Assembly: GCA_963702005.1 (NCBI GenBank)
Contig: OY969696.1
Coordinates: 896,001-960,000, forward strand
Direction: 5' to 3'
DNA from: Candidatus Aminicenantes bacterium
GTDB taxonomy: Bacteria > Acidobacteriota > Aminicenantia > Aminicenantales > JAFGBC01
DNA: 64,000 nt
Shown: positions 54,389 through 61,210 of the stretch, in pieces
Layout: each line of letters begins with the position of its first letter
How positions within the stretch are numbered: position 1 is the stretch's first letter
Program-made: the position numbers and the translations under genes
The notes under the pieces: generated by a model
What the model saw: only the letters and a program-made list of their open reading frames with translations
Databases searched by the model: none
Told to the model about the DNA's origin: nothing

Positions 54389-57277
54389 GTGTCCATGTGT
54401 CTGGTCCGGCGTGCGCTAATTCTTTTAATCTCTCTGGGTTGCTCCTGCGGCTGGGCTGCTCAACGCAGTGGATTTCTCGGATACGCTGAGTCCGCGTTGA
54501 AAGGGGACCGGGAATACCGGGCCGGCCGATACCGAGAAGCGGGCCTCATCTACCAAGAGGCGCTACGAGCGGCCGAGGAGCTTGCCTACGGAGGCGGACA
54601 GGTCCATAGCTTGATGATGATCGGTGTCTCCTCTTGGAACCAGGGAGACCTTGACGCGTCCGAGCAATGGTATTCACGTGCACAGGGTTTGGCAAGAAAA
54701 GCCGGACTTCCCGAAGAGGAAAAAACCTGCTCTTCAGCCCTTGAGATCGTTCGCCTCTATCGGGAAGGCAAGGCACAGAGAATCGAAAGGGAATTCGCCC
54801 TCTCCCTCGCTTCCTTCGACAGGGCTATCCGGTTGTCGCGGAAGATCGGGAGTGAAGCTCATGAGGCCAAGTGCCTTCGACAGATGAGCTTAGCCTACTG
54901 GGAGACCGATCGTCTCGACGAATTCCGGGCTTCCAACGAAAAAGCGCTAGTCCTGGCCAGAAAACTCAATCATCGTTTGGAGGTAGCTAGATGTATGAAT
55001 AATTTAGGCATTTATTTTGACAGGAAAGAAGAATATCCTGAAGCCTTTAATTTTTTTGAGGAAAGCTTAAAGATATTTAGAAGCCAGAAAATAACTTTTG
55101 AAGAGTCAAATGTTCTAAGCAATTTTGGCAGAATATATCTAAATTTGGGCGATTATAAAAAAGCACTTGGCTATTTTAATAAAGCTATGGAACTAGACTC
55201 AAACAACAACGACTACAATAATCTCTCGATTGATTTAATGAATATTGGTCTCGTTTTTCGAAACAAAGGAGAAAATAATAAAGATGATCGTTGTTTAGAA
55301 ACGGCGATTTCTTATTATAAAAATTCATATTGTTATATCACCAACAAGAAACTTGAGGTTCAACTTCAAAATAATATTGGATATGCGTTGGCAAATCTTA
55401 AGCTCTTTTCACAAGCGATAAGGTATTTTTCTTCAGCTTTGAAGAAAGCTCGGGAACTGGATGACCTTGAAGCCGTTAGTACATTAATTTCTAATATTAG
55501 TTCTCTATATGTTGAACAGGGGTACTACAAAGATGCAATAGTCAACTATGAAGAGGCTATAAGGATTGCCTCAAAGATCGGATTCAATAGCGCCCTCTGG
55601 GGGGCCTATCTTGGTCTCGGCCAGTCCTGGGAGCTGGCTGGGAATGATGCCATCGCCGAGGCATGCTATCGGAAATCGATCGATTGCATCGAACGGCTGC
55701 GCAGTCGTGTCTTCGGCGATGAGTTCAAGATCGTTTTTTTCGAGAATAAAGTAAGTGCCTATGAACGGCTGGCCGGACTCCTCTATCGCCGTTATGCAAT
55801 AGACCCGAAGATGAGCTTGAAAAGGGAGATGTTTCGCGTCGTGGAGCGTGCCAAAGGCCGGGCGTTCCTGGACGCTCTGGCCAAGGACAACGACGAGACG
55901 GACCTCGACCTCGGCCTTAAGAACAAAGAAAAGGAGCTTTCCCGGCAGATTACCGAAATCATCTCCGGGCTGGCGAAAGCTGATCATAACGGGCGTCTTT
56001 CGAAGGATCTTTTTGAACGCCTCAGCCTAAAGGAAGATGAGTACGCGAGACTTGCCGCCCGAGTCCAAGCTGAACGATCCGTAAATAAACCCCAGAACGG
56101 CGCCACCCCCTATGACTTGGAGGATGTTCAAAACCGGCTCTTGGATGAAAAAACCGGTCTTCTGGAATATTTTTTAGGGGACAAGGCTTCCTGGCTCTTT
56201 TTCGTGACCAAGACGGATTGCGACATTTTTGAGCTGCCGTCCCGGAAGGCCATTGAGGATTCGGTGAAGGCCTTCGTAAAGCTCATCGCCCTGCCCGGGT
56301 CCGGGCCTTTCCCGGGAGATGCCGCGGCGAGGCGCATCTACCGGGAACTCCTGTTTTCCCTCGATAAAGACTGCGCCCTGTCTCTGGAACGCCTCATCAT
56401 CATCCCGGACGGACCGCTCTGCTGTCTTCCTTTCGAAGCGCTGATCTCCGATGATCGGGAGCCTGAACATCTTCCGGCTTATCTTATCCGTCGCTACCAA
56501 GTGTCCTATGCTCCTTCCTCATCTTCCTTGTTGCTTCTTAGGGAAAAAGCCCGGCCGGAACTTCCCCGAGGGGGCAAAGACCTCTTGGCCGTCGGGAATC
56601 CGGACTGTGCTCCCGAGTCGCCGCTCGGCTTCTTGCCCAGACCCGGTTATGGGGCCGCTCTGAGGGATTATTTTATGAACCAGGGATTCGTTTTTTCGCG
56701 ACTTCCCTATGCCGAGAAGGAGGTTCGTGAAATTGCGGCCTTCTTCCCCGGGTCTCGGAGAGACATCTACCTTAATACCGAGGCCACGGAGGAAACGGTC
56801 AAGAGATTATCCCTTCAAGATTTTAAAATCCTTCATTTCGCCTGTCACGGTTTCATGGATGAAGAAGAGCCGATGAGGTCGGCCTTGGTCCTTGCCCTCG
56901 ACCAGGATCGGGCGGAGGATGGGTTCCTGCAGGCCCGTGAGATCAGCTCCCTCAAGCTCAATGCCGACCTGGTCGTTCTCTCGGCCTGCCAGACAGCCCG
57001 CGGCAGCTTGAAACGCGGTGAGGGCCTCATGGATCTGTCACGGTGCTTTTTCCGGGCCGGCGCTCGTTCGGTGGTCGCATCCTTGTGGCGGATTGAGGAC
57101 CGAGCTACGGCTGGATTCATGAAGAACTTCTATGCCGCCCTCGTCGGAGGGAAGACGAAGGCCCAGGCTCTAAGGGCCGCCAAGCTCGCGATGATTCGGT
57201 CGGACTTCGCCTTCCCGTTCTATTGGGCGGGATTCATCCTGAGCGGGGACGCACAATCCTCGATCCCCCGGGAATGA
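54389..57277 (+). CDS. TPR-repeat plus CHAT (caspase HetF-like) protease
   Basis: Signal-like N-terminus; TPR repeats (NNLG, SNFG, NNIG); ERAKGR, IIPDGPL, ILHFACHG (His), VLSACQT (Cys), SLWRIED, PFYWAGF. Confidence 0.92.
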   Translation: MSMCLVRRALILLISLGCSCGWAAQRSGFLGYAESALKGDREYRAGRYREAGLIYQEALRAAEELAYGGGQVHSLMMIGVSSWNQGDLDASEQWYSRAQGLARKAGLPEEEKTCSSALEIVRLYREGKAQRIEREFALSLASFDRAIRLSRKIGSEAHEAKCLRQMSLAYWETDRLDEFRASNEKALVLARKLNHRLEVARCMNNLGIYFDRKEEYPEAFNFFEESLKIFRSQKITFEESNVLSNFGRIYLNLGDYKKALGYFNKAMELDSNNNDYNNLSIDLMNIGLVFRNKGENNKDDRCLETAISYYKNSYCYITNKKLEVQLQNNIGYALANLKLFSQAIRYFSSALKKARELDDLEAVSTLISNISSLYVEQGYYKDAIVNYEEAIRIASKIGFNSALWGAYLGLGQSWELAGNDAIAEACYRKSIDCIERLRSRVFGDEFKIVFFENKVSAYERLAGLLYRRYAIDPKMSLKREMFRVVERAKGRAFLDALAKDNDETDLDLGLKNKEKELSRQITEIISGLAKADHNGRLSKDLFERLSLKEDEYARLAARVQAERSVNKPQNGATPYDLEDVQNRLLDEKTGLLEYFLGDKASWLFFVTKTDCDIFELPSRKAIEDSVKAFVKLIALPGSGPFPGDAAARRIYRELLFSLDKDCALSLERLIIIPDGPLCCLPFEALISDDREPEHLPAYLIRRYQVSYAPSSSSLLLLREKARPELPRGGKDLLAVGNPDCAPESPLGFLPRPGYGAALRDYFMNQGFVFSRLPYAEKEVREIAAFFPGSRRDIYLNTEATEETVKRLSLQDFKILHFACHGFMDEEEPMRSALVLALDQDRAEDGFLQAREISSLKLNADLVVLSACQTARGSLKRGEGLMDLSRCFFRAGARSVVASLWRIEDRATAGFMKNFYAALVGGKTKAQALRAAKLAMIRSDFAFPFYWAGFILSGDAQSSIPRE

Positions 57278-58000
57278 TTAATCGTCCCTGGAGAATCGCT
57301 GAAGAGGGGAGGAGATCCGGACTCCGTTCCGAGTTAGCGCGGTCACCATCCAGGACCAGCTGCCGCGCCGGGGAATTTGCCGCGCGAAGAACTCCGGCAG
57401 GCGGTATTCCCGAACCTTGAGGTCCGGGACGCTTACAACGGGGAACAGGGCTTCATCGAATATTTCCAGCTGGAACACATCTACATCGAAGGAGGCTTCC
57501 CACCGGAACGTTAATAGATTAGGCGGGGCGGCCATTCGTTTTGGCTTGATGAGTTTGATGGAGGCCGCCTCGGCGCCGCGTTGTCCGATTCCGGAGGGCC
57601 GGGTGCCGGGAACGTGATCCCGGGCGAGCTTAAGAAGCCCGAAAGCCAGGCAGATCCCTACCAGGACGGTGGCGTATCTCCAGATAAGGCGCATCGCGAA
57701 AGATCCGATCTTGGGCTTGGGTATGGCAGACGTATCTGCGGAAAGCCGTTCGATCCCTCGGACGAGCAGGGATTCCTGCTTACGGATTGCCCTCAGGAAG
57801 TCAAACTCTTCCGCGCATAGCGCACATTGAGAGATGTGGACGATGAGATCTTCCCTCCGGCGCCTCTCTGGTTCCTCGTCGATCAGGTCCAGGATGTCTT
57901 CGAATGAAGGACAATCGGTCCGGGACGAGGGAGTCCGGCTTTTTAAGAAAGCTTGATAGAGGGATTTCAATCCCTCATCATCGATCTTCATGGGAGACAT
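57278..58000 (-). CDS. Putative zinc-binding (ZAS/zf-HC2) transmembrane anti-sigma factor
   Basis: CP...HISQCALC (HxxxCxxC), one TM helix, C-terminal beta-rich domain; overlaps the sigma gene. Confidence 0.75.
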   Translation of the reverse strand: MSPMKIDDEGLKSLYQAFLKSRTPSSRTDCPSFEDILDLIDEEPERRRREDLIVHISQCALCAEEFDFLRAIRKQESLLVRGIERLSADTSAIPKPKIGSFAMRLIWRYATVLVGICLAFGLLKLARDHVPGTRPSGIGQRGAEAASIKLIKPKRMAAPPNLLTFRWEASFDVDVFQLEIFDEALFPVVSVPDLKVREYRLPEFFARQIPRRGSWSWMVTALTRNGVRISSPLQRFSRDD

Positions 58001-58520
58001 CCCTTTTAGCCAGCATCTTTCTCAGGTCGGACAAGCCCCGGTAGAGAAGATTCCGGGTCTTATCCTTACTCCAGCCGTAAAACGCAGCGATTTCGTCAAT
58101 GCTCATATTGAGGAGAAACAGACTGACGGCCTTCCTCCGGGACTCAAGCAAGGCATCGACGGCCTTTCCGATGAAGAGATGGAGGTGCCGGCTTTCCGGA
58201 TGACGGGCCCAATATCCGATCTGGACTTCGGAGATCACGTTCTGTTTTTCGATCAGCATGAGCCCTTCCTCGCGTTTGCATTTTCTAAGCTGATCGATGA
58301 CGGAGGAGTCGACGATCTTTTTAATGTAGGAAGCGTAGTTCTGGATGGGTTTTTCGTCCTGGACGATCTTCCAGATCTTGAGACGGACTTCCTGGGCGAT
58401 ATCCTCGGCATCCAGGCCGAACCGCTGAAGGTTGTACCTCAGGATTTGATGGCGGATGAACTGGGCGAAGCGGCTGATAAGTTCCTTAAACAATTCCTGT
58501 TTAGAAAGATCCCCGGCCAT
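57978..58520 (-). CDS. ECF-family RNA polymerase sigma factor
   Basis: DAEDIAQEV (region 2), IDQLRK, MSIDEIA...TRNLLYRG (region 4.2); alternative start at 58541. Confidence 0.9.
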   Translation of the reverse strand: MAGDLSKQELFKELISRFAQFIRHQILRYNLQRFGLDAEDIAQEVRLKIWKIVQDEKPIQNYASYIKKIVDSSVIDQLRKCKREEGLMLIEKQNVISEVQIGYWARHPESRHLHLFIGKAVDALLESRRKAVSLFLLNMSIDEIAAFYGWSKDKTRNLLYRGLSDLRKMLAKRDVSHEDR

Positions 58521-58716
58521 TGATTTCCCGCATTTTAGCATTTTGGGTCAGAACGAGCAATCATCCTTCCTTATTAATAAAGATGTACGAGGAGACGAAT
58601 TTTTCTCATTGGGACGAATACGAGGAGAAACTGAGATTGTTCAGGCCCGGAGGGCGTTCTTTATTGTAAATCGGCCGCTTTCGTCAGGGAGGAATCAGAG
58701 TCGTGGACGCCGGGGT

Positions 58717-59673
58717 ATGGAAACGAGGATTATCGGTTCAAGCAAGGCCATCCGAGACAGCCTTGAGTTTGTGACCCGAGTGGCCAGAAGCGACAAGAAC
58801 GTCCTCCTCTTGGGCGAGACCGGAACGGGGAAGGACCTCATGGCCAGGCGTATCCACGAGCTCAGCGATCGCTGGGCAAGACCGTATGTCGTCATGAATT
58901 GTTCGAATATTCCGGAGGGACTTTTCGAGGCCGAGCTATTCGGGTTCCGGCGGGGTGCGTTCACGGGCGCCGATCGTGACAAGGTCGGACTTCTTGAGGT
59001 TGCACGGGATGGGACGGCCTTCCTGGATGAGGTCGGGGAGCTACCGTTGCTTCTCCAGGCTAAGCTTCTGCGAATCATCGACAAGCGCGAGCTCCGTCCG
59101 GTTGGAGATACGATCATGAGACGTATCGAGGCCCGCTTTATTTTTGCCACAAACAGGGACCTCGGGGAGGAGGCTCGGTCCGGACGATTCCGAATGGATC
59201 TCTACTTCCGGATCAGCGTCGTCCGCTTTAAGATTCCTCCTCTCCGGGACCGGAAAGAAGATATCCCCCTGCTGGTGGCGCATATTTTGGAAAGGCATGC
59301 TGGGCCTTCTAACCGTGTCCTATGCCTCACCAGGGAGGCACTTGACAAACTGGTGCGCTATGATTTTCCTGGCAATGTCAGGGAGCTCGAGAACATCCTC
59401 GATAGGGCCGCTCTGCTCGCCGAGGGATCAGTCATCCATCGGAAAGATCTTCAGTGGGAGGAGGATCGGGGTCGCACGCAAGAAAGGCGGACTGTGCGCC
59501 TCAGCGCCGATGAGCTGAAAAAAGCGCTCGATATTCACCGCTGGAATAAATCTCGGGCCGCACGCGAACTCAGGACAAGTCGACGCCATCTCTACCGGCT
59601 GTTGAGAAAATACGGGCTTGCGAACGGCGTCCGGGACGGCCGGCGCCGGGAAGATCGGAGCGGCCGAGCTTGA
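58717..59673 (+). CDS. sigma54-dependent enhancer-binding protein (AAA+ plus Fis HTH), no N-terminal regulatory domain
   Basis: GETGTGKD, ELFG..RGAFTGA, FLDEVGE, RFRMDLYFRI, FPGNVRELEN, WNKSRAARELR HTH. Confidence 0.92.
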   Translation: METRIIGSSKAIRDSLEFVTRVARSDKNVLLLGETGTGKDLMARRIHELSDRWARPYVVMNCSNIPEGLFEAELFGFRRGAFTGADRDKVGLLEVARDGTAFLDEVGELPLLLQAKLLRIIDKRELRPVGDTIMRRIEARFIFATNRDLGEEARSGRFRMDLYFRISVVRFKIPPLRDRKEDIPLLVAHILERHAGPSNRVLCLTREALDKLVRYDFPGNVRELENILDRAALLAEGSVIHRKDLQWEEDRGRTQERRTVRLSADELKKALDIHRWNKSRAARELRTSRRHLYRLLRKYGLANGVRDGRRREDRSGRA

Positions 59674-59802
59674 CTTTCCGGGCCGGATTACCTAAGATGG
59701 AGGCTCTTTAGCGAGGACGATCGAGCATCCTTCGGATCTTTCCCCCCGAGCTGAGCCCGAATGCGATGTCTTTCGTCACGCGGGATTGACAAGGCTTAAA
59801 CG

Positions 59803-61188
59803 ATGCGAGAAGAGATTATCGACGACCTGGAAGCTCCCGTCCGGCCGCGGCCGCTTCTGGGAGAGCTCCCTTTTCTCAGGGAGAATTTCGACCCGATCGC
59901 CTTTTTCCTGATCCTTATCGCCGGCGCGGCCGTCCTGATCATGGCCCTCAAGCTTCGCCTCTTCCCGCTCTGGATCGAATTTCTGAACAGCAACGCTTTT
60001 CTCAGGGTCTCGACCTATCCTCTCCTCATCTCGGCCGTCATCATCCTGGCCGGCCTCATCTTCCAGACCTATTTTTGGACCCGCTACAAGCCTTTGACGC
60101 CCCGCCCCGGGGAGAGCGTTGACTGGCCGTTCGTTTCCGTCATTATGCCCGCCCTCAACGAGGAGGAGCTTGTCGGGAAGTCGATCGACTCCATTTTTGC
60201 CGCGGATTATCCGGCCGACAGGCTCGAGGTCGTCTGCGTCAACGACGGCTCGACGGACATGACCTACTACCACATGCTTCGAGCCCGCCAGAAGTACGGG
60301 AACCGGGTCAAGGTCATCCACTTTCGGAAGAACCTCGGCAAACGCCATGCATTCTACGCCGGCCTCAAGAAATCGAGGGGCGAAATCATCGTCAGCGTCG
60401 ACACGGACAGCCGGATCGGGCGGAGCGCCCTCAAGAACATCGTCCTTCCCCTGATTCGCGACGAGCGGACCGGCGCCGTCGCCGGCCGGGTGGCGGCCCT
60501 CAATGAGAAGGACAATCTTCTAACCCGCATGCTTGCGATTCGCTACTCGATCTCCTTCGATTTTGGACGAGCCTATCAAAGCGTCTTCGGGACGGTCCTG
60601 GTTTGTCCGGGCGCGCTGACGGCCTATCGGAGAAGCCTGCTGATGAAATTCATCCGCGGCTGGCTGAATCAGACGTTTTGGGGGGCGCCCTGCAAGCACG
60701 GCGAGGACCGGGCCCTGACGAACGAAATCCTCAAGCTCGGCTATTTCACGCGCTACCAATCGAACGCAGTCGTATATACGCAGATTCCGCCCCGGATCCG
60801 GCAGATGAATCGCATGTATCTGCGTTGGACCCGAAGCTATGTCCGAGAGACCATCCTGTTCGCCAGGTTCATGTTCACCAAATATCGGAAGGAACACCGG
60901 CTGCTTCCGATCTTCGATTTCATCATCCTCAACCTCCTCCACCCCTTCCATCTACTGGCCGTGGCCGTTATCGCCTATTCGTTCGTCGTCAATCCCCTGT
61001 TCATCATCCGCCATCTGGCTTTCCTGGTCGCAACCTCTTTCGTCCTGTCCCTCTATAATCTGCGGACAAACCGGAGCCTGTCTTTTCTGTACGGGGTCCC
61101 TTACGCGATGGTGACGGCTTTCCTGCTCTGGTGGATCGTTCCCTACTCGTTTTTGACCCTCAGAAACCAGTCCTGGCTGACCCGCTGA
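59803..61188 (+). CDS. Processive membrane GT2 (hyaluronan synthase/NodC/PgaC-like)
   Basis: DGSTD, GKR, VDTDS, CPG..TAYR, GEDR, MYLRW; TM helices at both ends. Confidence 0.88.
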   Translation: MREEIIDDLEAPVRPRPLLGELPFLRENFDPIAFFLILIAGAAVLIMALKLRLFPLWIEFLNSNAFLRVSTYPLLISAVIILAGLIFQTYFWTRYKPLTPRPGESVDWPFVSVIMPALNEEELVGKSIDSIFAADYPADRLEVVCVNDGSTDMTYYHMLRARQKYGNRVKVIHFRKNLGKRHAFYAGLKKSRGEIIVSVDTDSRIGRSALKNIVLPLIRDERTGAVAGRVAALNEKDNLLTRMLAIRYSISFDFGRAYQSVFGTVLVCPGALTAYRRSLLMKFIRGWLNQTFWGAPCKHGEDRALTNEILKLGYFTRYQSNAVVYTQIPPRIRQMNRMYLRWTRSYVRETILFARFMFTKYRKEHRLLPIFDFIILNLLHPFHLLAVAVIAYSFVVNPLFIIRHLAFLVATSFVLSLYNLRTNRSLSFLYGVPYAMVTAFLLWWIVPYSFLTLRNQSWLTR

Positions 61189-61210
61189 CACGCCTTTTCC
61201 GAGTTCCCTG

